A stretch of 32,000 nt of DNA, from NCBI RefSeq assembly GCF_018398935.1, contig NZ_CP074694.1, positions 1,530,001 through 1,562,000 of the forward strand, read 5' to 3'. The notes beneath the pieces were generated by a model. The model worked only from the letters and a program-made list of their open reading frames with translations. It ran no database searches and was not told the origin of the DNA. Each line of letters opens with the position of its first letter. The first letter of the stretch is position 1. This DNA comes from Telmatocola sphagniphila. Its GTDB lineage: Bacteria > Planctomycetota > Planctomycetia > Gemmatales > Gemmataceae. This document shows positions 1 through 8,224 of this stretch, piece by piece. Made by a program: the position numbers and the translations under genes.

Positions 1-789
1 TTGCTTTTTGCCGAGAGTGAGGCCATGGCCGAGGCATTAGGTAAAAACTTGGCCGAACTACAGGTAGCACTCACTTCGGACCCTTCGAACCCGGCCTTCG
101 TTCCTGAACTGACTACATCGACCTATCAACGTTCCGTCTATCAGACTATGCGTTCGGTAACCGAACAGATTTTACGTCGATTCAAGTGGGGAAAGTATTC
201 CATTCCTGAAAGTGCCCGGGAGCTCGTCGATCGATTACAAAATAGTTTCCCGGCCCTCGATCAGCGTTTCCGAAAAGCAATGGATCCCAAGATCGACGGC
301 TATCGAATTCGCTGCCATGGAGATTATCATCTCGCTCGGCTGTTGTTCGTAGGCGACAATTACATCCTTACCGATTTCGTCGGGGACTCTTCCAGGTCCA
401 TAAGCGAAAGGCGGATCAAAAAGCTGGGATTGCGAGATTTGGCGACACTTCTCCGATCCATGGATTACGTTCTGAATTCGGTTATCTACGATCTTGGCAA
501 TCATCGGGGACGAGCCCCGGGTGTCATCCGGGAAGAAGATCAGGCCTTGGTGGCCGGCTGGGCGGAGCAATGGCGGATACGAACAACTACGCATCTGATC
601 GACTCTTATCTTAAAGATCCCAGGATCACACACTTGCTTCCCTCGAAGCCTGAAATCATGCATTCCCTACTCAACCTGTTTCAAGTGGAACGTGCCTTAG
701 TCGAACTGGACTACGATCTTCGACGTCGGCCCGAATGGATCATCGTACCGCTCAACGCAATTTTTCGCTGCATTGAGGAAATTCCCTAA
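1..789 (+). CDS. Maltokinase-type kinase domain, C-terminal fragment (TreS/Mak = Pep2 family). The 5' end lies outside the window.
   Basis: The ORF is open from base 1, so the leading 'M' is a window artefact (TTG). The blocks RCHGDYHLARLL, ILTDFVGD..SERR, LRDLATLLRSMDYV and the C-terminal VERALVELDYDLRRRPEWIIVPL match the HGDxHLxQVL / DFEGEP..ERR / RDVAGMLRSFxYA / KAxYExxYExxxRPxWxxIPL blocks I recall from mycobacterial Pep2/Mak. Confidence 0.7.
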   Translation: MLFAESEAMAEALGKNLAELQVALTSDPSNPAFVPELTTSTYQRSVYQTMRSVTEQILRRFKWGKYSIPESARELVDRLQNSFPALDQRFRKAMDPKIDGYRIRCHGDYHLARLLFVGDNYILTDFVGDSSRSISERRIKKLGLRDLATLLRSMDYVLNSVIYDLGNHRGRAPGVIREEDQALVAGWAEQWRIRTTTHLIDSYLKDPRITHLLPSKPEIMHSLLNLFQVERALVELDYDLRRRPEWIIVPLNAIFRCIEEIP

Positions 790-921
790 CAAGTTGTTCT
801 CATCGACCAATCTGGCAAATATTTCGCTTTCTATTTCATCCAGGAGAAACTCGAATTGAACTAGGTAACTCAGGGAGTAAGAAAATAAGAATCCGATTTT
901 TCCCTCCTTGTTTGGTAAATC

Positions 922-3900
922 TTGATGAAACGCTATCGAATTTGGCCTCTCGTCGGTACGAGCCTGCTGGGAATACTCCTTTCCGGTCCTTCAACTTCTT
1001 TACTGCAGGCCCAAACGAAAAAGAGCAATAAGAAGGAAGCCCCACCGCCGACCGTCGAACAGTTGATGCGGGAAACCCGGCCAGCCGAAGATTTTAAAGC
1101 CACTATTTTCGCCACGCCGGATCAGGCCAATTACCCAGTCTTCATCTCAGCCGCACCCGATGGAACGCTTTACGTCGGCAGCGATCAAAATGGTTCGCTG
1201 GCTCGGGATAAGCATATGGGCCGGATTTTTCGGTTAAGGGATACCGATGGCGATGGCCGTGCGGATGAAGTGAAAACCTTCGTAAAAGATATCGATTCCC
1301 CCCGTGGTCTGGCGTGGGATATCGATCGACTCTATGTCCTGCATCCGCCGCATCTGGGAGTTTTCGTCGATAAAGACGGCTCTGGAGAAGCAGGAGAAGA
1401 AAAAATTCTGGTGAAGAACATCGCCTTCACCTTCAAGGATAGACCGGCAGACCATACTTCGAATGGCATCACATTGGGTTTGGACGGCTGGATCTATGCC
1501 GCTATCGGCGACTTCGGTTTTATGGAAGCGGAAGGAACCGACGGGCGAAAATTACAACTGCGCGGCGGCGGTGTGGTTCGCGTCCGTACTGATGGAACCG
1601 GGCTGGAACTTTTCAGTTACGGTACCCGAAATATTCTGCAGGTGGCCGTGTCCCCGCTTTTAGATGGCTTTGCACGTGATAACACAAACGACGGTGACGG
1701 CTGGGACGTGCGGTTTCATCACATCAGCGGATTTGAAAATCACGGTTATCCCCGTTTCTACAAGAACTTTGCGGATGAAGAAGTCACCCCGCTGGCGGAT
1801 TACGGTGGCGGTGCGGGCTGCGGTGCCGCCTGGATCGATGACCCACGCTGGCCCAAAAAATGGAACAATCGACCTTTTACGGCCGATTGGGGGAATGGAG
1901 CTATATTCGCTCATCCTGTGGAAGCCTCAGGATCCACTTTCATTGAAAAAGGTAAGCCGTCGGTCTTTGTGCGTCTTCCTCGACCAACGGATGTGGATGT
2001 CGATGCCAACGGACGAGCATACGTCAGCAGTTGGCGTAATGGCTTGTTTACCTACGATGGCCCGAATGTGGGTTACATCACTCGAATTGAACCCAAGGAT
2101 CTGAAGCCCGAGCCTTTGCCCGATTTTGCGAAACTCTCACCAGAAGCTTTGAAAAAGCTGATGCTGGAAACGGCAGTCTACAAGATTCGCCTGGAAAGCC
2201 AGCGAAGACTGTTGAGAGCTCCTCAGTCCACTAAAATTGACGCCGAGTTGAAAGCGGCCGTTACCGATTCCTCCTACTCTATCCCTGCCCGTCTCGCAGC
2301 TCTCGCCTATATTCAGCAGAAAAAGGGTAATGCAGCTTTTCTGGCTTCCATTGCATCCCAGAACAGCGACATGTCGGGCTATGCCGTGCGCTTCCTGGGC
2401 GAGAACCCGGAAACAACGAAAGAGGTCGCCAAAGAAGCGGTAGCGGAGTGTCTGAAATCGGCTTATCCCAAAACCCGTTTGGAAGCCCTGATAGCGGCCA
2501 CGAGAATTGGATTTCCGGGCGAAGGGATAACGAAATTACTCGGGGATTCCGATGCATTGATCGCCCACACAACTGTGCAGTGCCTTGCTAAGCGGGAAGC
2601 CTCAGCGGCATGCTTTGGCGTTCTCGATGACAGTAGTGTTTCGAAGCAGGCTCGGGTGGGTGCTTCCCGCGCTTTGGCGATGATGCATACTCTCGAAGTT
2701 GTGAAAGGACTGATCTCGCGACTGGAGAAAGAGTCCGTGGCCGATCGCCGGCAAGATATTTTGACTGCCCTTTGCCGACTCTATTATAAAGAGGCTGTCT
2801 GGAAGGGAGAATCCTGGGGAACTCGCCCCGATTATCGAGGCCCCTATTATGCACCCGTCGTTTGGGAAGGCTCGGCGGAGATCGGGAAAGTTCTCGAGAA
2901 AACGCTTTCGAACGCGGATGCTCTCGAAAGCGTCTTTTTGGGCGAAATCCTTGCGAAAAATCGAGTAAAAATCGGTGATCCTCTGGGTCGCCTGGTGGAT
3001 CTGGCTAAGAAAGATCCCAAAGCTCTACCCGTTCTGGTCGAGCAACTTACCAAGGCGGAAGAAGTGCCGCCCAGTACGCTCGATTTATTAATCCAAGCTT
3101 CCGAGCAAAAAGAATTAACCGGTAAATCGGTTGAAAGTCTCGTACGCATCAATCAGGAAAAGGCTTATCGGGCCGCTTTTGCGGCTGCAGAGAAAGAGAA
3201 GGAGAGTCAGCGAACGATAATTGGTGCACCCTACCGGGATCAGTATCTTCCATTTTTCACGGAGAAGGTGAAAAGTGGTTCTTCCCTGGCTTACGCGGTT
3301 CTGTTGAAGATCGCTGCCAGTCCTATGTCGGTGGTCGAGAGCAAGGAACTAGCCTCCAAATTGATTGAAGCGGATTGGAGAGATCCCAAAAAGCGGGAAA
3401 CTCTCCTGGCGGGAGCGGTATTGGGGAACGATCGCTCCCTCGCTAAAAATATTGTCGAGGTAGTTGACAAGGGTGGTCCCGAAAGTGACGTAGCGGCTCA
3501 TGCACTTATAGCCTTGAAACTCGATGCAACTCGAGTGAAGGCCGTGTTCGAAGCCGTTGGCCCCAAGATCAAGGAAATGAAAGTCGAAGAGGCTCTGACG
3601 GCGGGTATCAAAGCCAAAGGAGAAATCTGGCGCGGCGAACAACTTTTCAACGCCGCCCGATGTGCGGTCTGTCATACGATTTCTCCCGATCAGGTTTCCA
3701 AAGGTCCGTATCTGGGAAATATCGCCAAGACTTATCGTCGTAAGGATCTGGCAGAATCAATTTTGCTGCCCAGCAAAATAATCGCCCAGGGTTTTCAGAC
3801 GAATATTTTCAATATGGATGACGGTAAAACTTACACGGGATATGTAACCCGGGAAGCCGCCGATAAGGTGACGATTCGAGACGATAAGGGAACCGAAATC

Positions 3901-4068
3901 GTGCTTAACAAGAAGAACATTGAACGGCGTACCAAATCGAATATCTCGGTAATGCCGGAAGGGTTACTGGCCGAACTGAAGGTGATCGATCTGGCCTCCC
4001 TTCTCGATTATCTGGAAGATCTGGCGGCCCACGAACCGATTACCGCGAAGAAGCCCGCGAAAAAATAA
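922..4068 (+). CDS. Large secreted PVC-type protein with an N-terminal dehydrogenase-like beta-propeller ('membrane-bound dehydrogenase domain'), central HEAT/ARM-like repeats and a C-terminal mono-heme cytochrome c domain
   Basis: 1048-aa ORF. The N-terminal signal peptide is WPLVGTSLLGILLSGPSTSLLQA. Propeller-like blocks include DGTLYVGSD, PRGLAWDIDRLYV and NGITLGLDGWIYAAIGD. The helical middle region is long. The C-terminal GEQLFNAARCAVCH (CxxCH at 3661-3675) is followed by SVMPEGL, typical of the Pirellula/Verrucomicrobium 'putative heme-binding domain'. The track start at 922 is TTG, and the adjacent ATG at 925 is the more likely start. Confidence 0.8.
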   Translation: MMKRYRIWPLVGTSLLGILLSGPSTSLLQAQTKKSNKKEAPPPTVEQLMRETRPAEDFKATIFATPDQANYPVFISAAPDGTLYVGSDQNGSLARDKHMGRIFRLRDTDGDGRADEVKTFVKDIDSPRGLAWDIDRLYVLHPPHLGVFVDKDGSGEAGEEKILVKNIAFTFKDRPADHTSNGITLGLDGWIYAAIGDFGFMEAEGTDGRKLQLRGGGVVRVRTDGTGLELFSYGTRNILQVAVSPLLDGFARDNTNDGDGWDVRFHHISGFENHGYPRFYKNFADEEVTPLADYGGGAGCGAAWIDDPRWPKKWNNRPFTADWGNGAIFAHPVEASGSTFIEKGKPSVFVRLPRPTDVDVDANGRAYVSSWRNGLFTYDGPNVGYITRIEPKDLKPEPLPDFAKLSPEALKKLMLETAVYKIRLESQRRLLRAPQSTKIDAELKAAVTDSSYSIPARLAALAYIQQKKGNAAFLASIASQNSDMSGYAVRFLGENPETTKEVAKEAVAECLKSAYPKTRLEALIAATRIGFPGEGITKLLGDSDALIAHTTVQCLAKREASAACFGVLDDSSVSKQARVGASRALAMMHTLEVVKGLISRLEKESVADRRQDILTALCRLYYKEAVWKGESWGTRPDYRGPYYAPVVWEGSAEIGKVLEKTLSNADALESVFLGEILAKNRVKIGDPLGRLVDLAKKDPKALPVLVEQLTKAEEVPPSTLDLLIQASEQKELTGKSVESLVRINQEKAYRAAFAAAEKEKESQRTIIGAPYRDQYLPFFTEKVKSGSSLAYAVLLKIAASPMSVVESKELASKLIEADWRDPKKRETLLAGAVLGNDRSLAKNIVEVVDKGGPESDVAAHALIALKLDATRVKAVFEAVGPKIKEMKVEEALTAGIKAKGEIWRGEQLFNAARCAVCHTISPDQVSKGPYLGNIAKTYRRKDLAESILLPSKIIAQGFQTNIFNMDDGKTYTGYVTREAADKVTIRDDKGTEIVLNKKNIERRTKSNISVMPEGLLAELKVIDLASLLDYLEDLAAHEPITAKKPAKK

Positions 4069-4088
4069 CAAGGATAGAATTCTTCGAC

Positions 4089-4133
4089 GCCGAGTGATTC
4101 CTCTTGGAAGAATCACTCGGCTTTTTCTTTTTT
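4089..4133 (+). terminator. Rho-independent terminator downstream of the 922-4068 CDS
   Basis: A perfect 12-bp stem, GCCGAGTGATTC (4089-4100) / GAATCACTCGGC (4110-4121), has a 9-nt loop and is followed directly by TTTTTCTTTTTT (4122-4133). Confidence 0.85.
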
Positions 4134-4236
4134 CAGTCTGTTTTTATCGCTTAATGTTCGCTTAAGGCGGCGGGGTTACTCTGTAGTTAGTGACTTCCCT
4201 AGGAGATAGGCTCTAAATATTTGACTGGAGATTTCC

Positions 4237-4635
4237 ATGAAACGACGAGTATTCGGTTTGCTGCTCTGCCTAACAGCCATGACGGTTCTAACCGTTCCCG
4301 CATTATCTCAGCCTCCCGAGGGGGGTGGTAAAGGCGGCCAGGGGAAAGGAAAAGGTGGGCAGGGATTTAAATTGGGTGTCGCGCTGCCGCCTCAACTGGT
4401 GGAACAGCTTAACCTGACCGATGAACAGAAAACCAAGTTGGCACAGATCGAAAAGGATCTGAAAGAAAAGCTTGATAAACTACTCACCAGCGAACAGAAG
4501 AAACAGATCGAAAGCTTCCGACCGATGGGCGGCATGAATAAAGGTTTTGGAAAAGGTGGTGACAAGGGAGATAAAGGCGACAAGGGGGATAAGGGCGATA
4601 AGGGCGACAAAGGAGATCGACCGCCGGTCGAATGA
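4237..4635 (+). CDS. Small secreted Gly/Lys-rich protein with two LTXXQ motifs (Spy/CpxP-like periplasmic protein) and a C-terminal (DKG)n tail
   Basis: 132-aa ORF. The signal peptide is LLLCLTAMTVLTVPALSQ. A G/K-rich stretch GGGKGGQGKGKGGQG is followed by a helical core, LNLTDEQKTKLAQIEKDLKEKLDKLLTSEQKKQIE, carrying two LTXXQ motifs, the hallmark of the CpxP/Spy family. The tail is GGDKGDKGDKGDKGDKGDKGD. Confidence 0.6.
   Translation: MKRRVFGLLLCLTAMTVLTVPALSQPPEGGGKGGQGKGKGGQGFKLGVALPPQLVEQLNLTDEQKTKLAQIEKDLKEKLDKLLTSEQKKQIESFRPMGGMNKGFGKGGDKGDKGDKGDKGDKGDKGDRPPVE
4561..4617 (+). repeat. Imperfect 9-bp tandem repeat (GAY AAR GGN, about 6 units) encoding (DKG)n inside the 4237-4635 CDS
   Basis: Read directly as gacaaggga gataaaggc gacaagggg gataagggc gataagggc gacaaagga gat. 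The units differ only at synonymous third positions. Confidence 0.9.
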
Positions 4636-4652
4636 TTCAAATCGTTCCTAAG

Positions 4653-5984
4653 CTAAGCAAACAGTTCGTCGATCGGTTTTCCGCTGGGCAAGACGCGAAC
4701 CGGTCGACCATTCATTGCATATTCCGCCTGGGAATCGACTCCTAAATGCCGGTATATAGTGGCTAGAACGTCCTGGGGACTCTTGGGATTTGTTTTGGGA
4801 AAAGCAGCTTTTTCGTCGGACGCCCCCACAATGGTGCCTCCCCGGATGCCCCCGCCCGTAATCGCAGCGCTGAACACATTCGGATAATGATCTCTTCCGG
4901 CGTCCTTATTGACGCGAGGAGTACGACCAAATTCCCCCCACGCCAATACCATGGTGGTTTTCAAGAGGCCGCGCTGCTCAAGATCTTCGATTAACGCCGT
5001 GTACGCCCGATCCCAGCGGTCCAGAAATCCGAGTCGAAGCGATTCAAAGCCTTTCACGTGCGTATCCCACCAGCGAAGATCGACTGTGACCAACCTCACT
5101 CCGGCTTCAATCAGTCGTCGGGCGAGGAGTAAACGTTGACTCCAGGAGGGGCATCCGCAACGGGTCGGATCTTTGGGATCGAAGGCCGCCGCGTTACCGT
5201 AACGATTTTTCGTAAGCTGAGATTCGCGGTTCATATCAAAAGCGTCGCGTACGGCATTAGAGGATAGGATTTCCCAACTTTGCTGCTGGAACTTATCCGT
5301 GGCATCGATCTGACCCGTCGAATCGACTTCTCTTTTCAAAGCATCGAAGCTTTGCAGCAACCCTTTTCGATCTCCGACCCGCTCGAGTGTAATGCCGCTC
5401 GGGAAATCAAAATTAGGTAATTTAAACGGCTTGGAAGTATCGCCGGGATCGGCCATGGTTTCAAACGGTCGATGTGCTACACCCAGATAGGCAGACCCTG
5501 TACCAGGTACCATTCTGGGGATCATGACGTAAGGTGGAACCTTGGCCGATTGGTTGGTAAATTGTTTGGAGACAATGGAGCCACAACTGGGATGGATATT
5601 CTCATCGGGACTGGGGCCGGCATCGTAGCCAGTGAAACAGATCTGATCCCCGGTCGAGTGCCCTGCATCATGATGGTTCAGGCTTCGGATAATCGACCAC
5701 TTGTCCATGATTCGGGCAGACATCGGTAGCAGTTCGCAGAGTTGAACACCGGGAACCGTAGTGGGAATGCAACCGAATTCGCCTCTAAATTCAACGGGGG
5801 CTTCCGGTTTCATATCCCACATGTCGATATGCGAAGGTCCCCCTCGCATCCAGAGGATAATCACCGAATTGATTTTGGATTTACTCGTCTCCGCTCGGAG
5901 AAGATCCGGCAAGCATAAACCCACCGAGCCCAGCATACCCGCTTTGACAAAACTTCGTCGATCCGGTCTCTGAAAGGTTTTCAT
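4653..5984 (-). CDS. DUF1501 family protein (sulfatase/alkaline-phosphatase-superfamily-like), Tat-exported
   Basis: 443-aa ORF. The twin-arginine signal is DRRSFVKAGMLGSVG. The block MRGGPSHIDMWDMKPEAP and the C-terminal GEFGRTPRVN..GRDH are typical of DUF1501. It is a paralog of 6925-8214. Confidence 0.85.
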   Translation of the reverse strand: MKTFQRPDRRSFVKAGMLGSVGLCLPDLLRAETSKSKINSVIILWMRGGPSHIDMWDMKPEAPVEFRGEFGCIPTTVPGVQLCELLPMSARIMDKWSIIRSLNHHDAGHSTGDQICFTGYDAGPSPDENIHPSCGSIVSKQFTNQSAKVPPYVMIPRMVPGTGSAYLGVAHRPFETMADPGDTSKPFKLPNFDFPSGITLERVGDRKGLLQSFDALKREVDSTGQIDATDKFQQQSWEILSSNAVRDAFDMNRESQLTKNRYGNAAAFDPKDPTRCGCPSWSQRLLLARRLIEAGVRLVTVDLRWWDTHVKGFESLRLGFLDRWDRAYTALIEDLEQRGLLKTTMVLAWGEFGRTPRVNKDAGRDHYPNVFSAAITGGGIRGGTIVGASDEKAAFPKTNPKSPQDVLATIYRHLGVDSQAEYAMNGRPVRVLPSGKPIDELFA

Positions 5985-6107
5985 AGAGAAGTCACAGAGG
6001 AAAAAGTTACTCGGCAGGAATTCTAATTTTAACTAAGCTTTCGCTGGGACGCTAATATAAACGCACTAGAATCGATTACCATTTTGAGATTCGAATCCGG
6101 AGGTTGT

Positions 6108-6893
6108 TCACTTTTTGGCAGCCGGCTGAACTTTCACATCCACGCGGTAAGAAAAAACGGGCCCGCCCTGATCATTCGCTTCCGTGATCGAAAAGTAATA
6201 TTTCCCATCCTTGGCAATGACATATTTCAGTTCTGGATCGCGACTGCCAGACATGTCATCGACCAGTTTAAGCAGGTTCTTCTCGCTGTCGTAGAGGCTC
6301 AGGATCGGGTCCGTGATGGTTTTCAATCGGGACGCCCAGACGCTCAGTTCCAGGTTATCTCCTTGCTTGAGTTCCAGGCAGTAAACATCCACATCCTGAG
6401 GTTTGCCAATGGTCCCCTCAATGACTGTAGGAGCTTGGATTTTCTGAGCGGTGGAAAAGCCGTCATTGGGCTCCATTTCCCGAGTGATCTGACCGGGAAG
6501 ATCAATGATGAGGATGAGAGGTTCCGAGGTGCTTTCTTTACTGACGAGCCTTAATTCCAAATTTTTCTCTGCGATCTTCTGCTTGAAGTTCAGCTCGACT
6601 TGAATTTCTGTATCACCTCCAGGTTGATTGGCGATCTTTTTGACACCACCGAGAATCTTAACCTCCACATTGGGGTTATTGCAGAGTACCTGAGACACAT
6701 TCTCAAACTTCGAACCGCGAATCAGAACTTTAGGCTTGTCCTGAGCTAAAATTCCTAGTGGTGCCCAGGCTCGGATTTTCGGAGGATCAGCTTTTTTGCT
6801 TTTCTCTTTATCCTGAGCCCTAGATGGCAAGTTTGCGCTGAGAAAGATCGCTACGCACCATAACCCTCCAAAGCTCAAATACCGCTGGAACAT
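6108..6893 (-). CDS. Secreted hypothetical protein: Ig-like N-terminal region plus a bacterial pre-peptidase C-terminal (PPC)-like domain
   Basis: 261-aa ORF. The signal peptide is LWCVAIFLSANLPSRAQ. The C-terminal half, EMEPNDGFSTAQKIQAPTVIEGTIGKPQDVDVYCLELKQGDNLELSV...DPILSLYD, resembles the PPC domain pattern E-x-E-P-N-D...A..i....v.G.i....D.D.y.f. It lies between the two DUF1501 genes. Confidence 0.6.
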   Translation of the reverse strand: MFQRYLSFGGLWCVAIFLSANLPSRAQDKEKSKKADPPKIRAWAPLGILAQDKPKVLIRGSKFENVSQVLCNNPNVEVKILGGVKKIANQPGGDTEIQVELNFKQKIAEKNLELRLVSKESTSEPLILIIDLPGQITREMEPNDGFSTAQKIQAPTVIEGTIGKPQDVDVYCLELKQGDNLELSVWASRLKTITDPILSLYDSEKNLLKLVDDMSGSRDPELKYVIAKDGKYYFSITEANDQGGPVFSYRVDVKVQPAAKK

Positions 6894-6924
6894 GTTCCAC
6901 CTGAAAATTTCAGAGAGGGATTAG

Positions 6925-8214
6925 TTAGGCGAAGAGTCCCTTGATCATTTCCCCCTGATCCAGAATCTCGATCGGACGGCCATCCGGAGTGTGGATGATC
7001 TTTCTCGGATCGATACCCAGGGAAGAGAGTATTGTGTAGCAGACATCTGCCGGTGGGATGGGCTGAGTAATGGGGTACCCCCCCTGCTTGTCCGTAGCCC
7101 CAATGACCTGACCGCGACCCACGCCGGCACCCGCAAACAGAATGGAGGCAGCCTGCCCCCAGTGATCCCGTCCCGTATCTTTGTTGATCTTTGGCGAGCG
7201 GCCGAATTCTCCAAAGCACGCGACTAGTGTGTCTTTGAGTAAACCTCGACTATCCAGATCTTCAATCAAGGCCGAATAACTGCTGTCGAATTCGGGCAGT
7301 TTTTTATCGAGTCCTTCAAAAATCTTGGCGTGATGATCCCAGCCGCCAAAATTAATGGTGATAAATTTGACTCCCCCTTCGATGAGCCGTCGTGCCAGCA
7401 AGCAGCTTTGTCCAAAAGTCGTTCGACCGAAGCGATCTCGCGTTTTCTCCGATTCCTGTTCGATCGCGAAGGATTTACGAGCTTCGCTGGAAAGAATCAT
7501 ATCGGAGGCGCGCTTGCGAAATTCGTCGTACGTCGCGATCTGGTCGTTTCCCTGGACAGTTCTGGCTAGATTATCGACGGTTTCCAGTAACTTGGCTCGG
7601 CGCTCCTGCTTTTTGATCCCGACTTCCTCGGAAGGGCTGACATCGCGTACCTTGTAGTTCTTCTCATTCGGATCGCCCGCTCGAAAGGACTCGTAGCGCC
7701 CACCGAGAAAAGCACTCTTCCCCAACTCCCAGGTGAAAGAGGGATTTCGGGGAATCGAGACGTAAGGAGGCAAAGTCTTGGTAAATCCGGATTCTTTGGC
7801 CACCACAGCTCCGATGGCCGGGTAATCGCCGAAGGGGGAGCCGAAACGACCCGAGAGTGCCCAGTTGGTCGCCGTTTCGTGATGATCGTTGTTATGGGAG
7901 GCGGAACGAATCAACGTCACCTTATTCATGATCTGGGCGGTTTTAGGTAGTGACTCTGCAATTTGCAAACCTTTTACTGATGTCGCAATCGGCTTGTACT
8001 TACCTCGAATTTCTTCAGGAGCTTCCGGTTTCAAATCGAACGAATCGTGGTGTGAAAGACCGCCGCCGAGATAGATGAGAATCACCGATTTAGCTTTAGC
8101 TGACTTATCGCTGGCGACGGACTGGAGTTTTAGGAAGTCGGTCAGGCCGAACGACAGCGGAGCGAGGGCACCCACCCGAAGGAATTGCCGACGATTGTGC
8201 TGGATATGAAGCAT
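6925..8214 (-). CDS. DUF1501 family protein, Tat-exported
   Basis: The ORF track extends to a TTG at 8241 (438 aa). The ATG at 8214 gives MLHIQHNRRQFLRVGALAP, a twin-arginine signal at the expected distance, and lies 10 nt after the upstream gene's stop instead of overlapping it. DUF1501 blocks are LGGGLSHHDSFDLKPEAP and GEFGRSPKIN..GRDHW. Confidence 0.85.
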   Translation of the reverse strand: MLHIQHNRRQFLRVGALAPLSFGLTDFLKLQSVASDKSAKAKSVILIYLGGGLSHHDSFDLKPEAPEEIRGKYKPIATSVKGLQIAESLPKTAQIMNKVTLIRSASHNNDHHETATNWALSGRFGSPFGDYPAIGAVVAKESGFTKTLPPYVSIPRNPSFTWELGKSAFLGGRYESFRAGDPNEKNYKVRDVSPSEEVGIKKQERRAKLLETVDNLARTVQGNDQIATYDEFRKRASDMILSSEARKSFAIEQESEKTRDRFGRTTFGQSCLLARRLIEGGVKFITINFGGWDHHAKIFEGLDKKLPEFDSSYSALIEDLDSRGLLKDTLVACFGEFGRSPKINKDTGRDHWGQAASILFAGAGVGRGQVIGATDKQGGYPITQPIPPADVCYTILSSLGIDPRKIIHTPDGRPIEILDQGEMIKGLFA

Positions 8215-8224
8215 GGTCTCACCA

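Noticed and set aside
235-663. Numerous 60-270-aa ORFs antisense to or out of frame with the long CDSs (for example 235-663, 6084-6554, 13820-14314, 19233-19637, 27653-28456, 30122-30484)
   Set aside because: Each lies entirely inside a much longer ORF that has clear family motifs. Their translations are low-complexity, Arg/Ser/Pro-rich and lack recognisable motifs, which is the expected shadow-ORF behaviour.
4561-4617. The (GAYAARGGN)n repeat as a slipped-strand phase- or length-variation locus
   Set aside because: The units differ at third positions, so there is no long perfect repeat tract to promote slippage. The unit length is a multiple of three, so changes would not switch expression.
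6084-6104. A tRNA-like T-loop string GATTCGAATCC in the 5985-6107 intergenic region
   Set aside because: The flanking bases do not form a T-stem (GAGA versus CCGG). No acceptor or anticodon arms can be built, so this is only a 10-bp palindrome.
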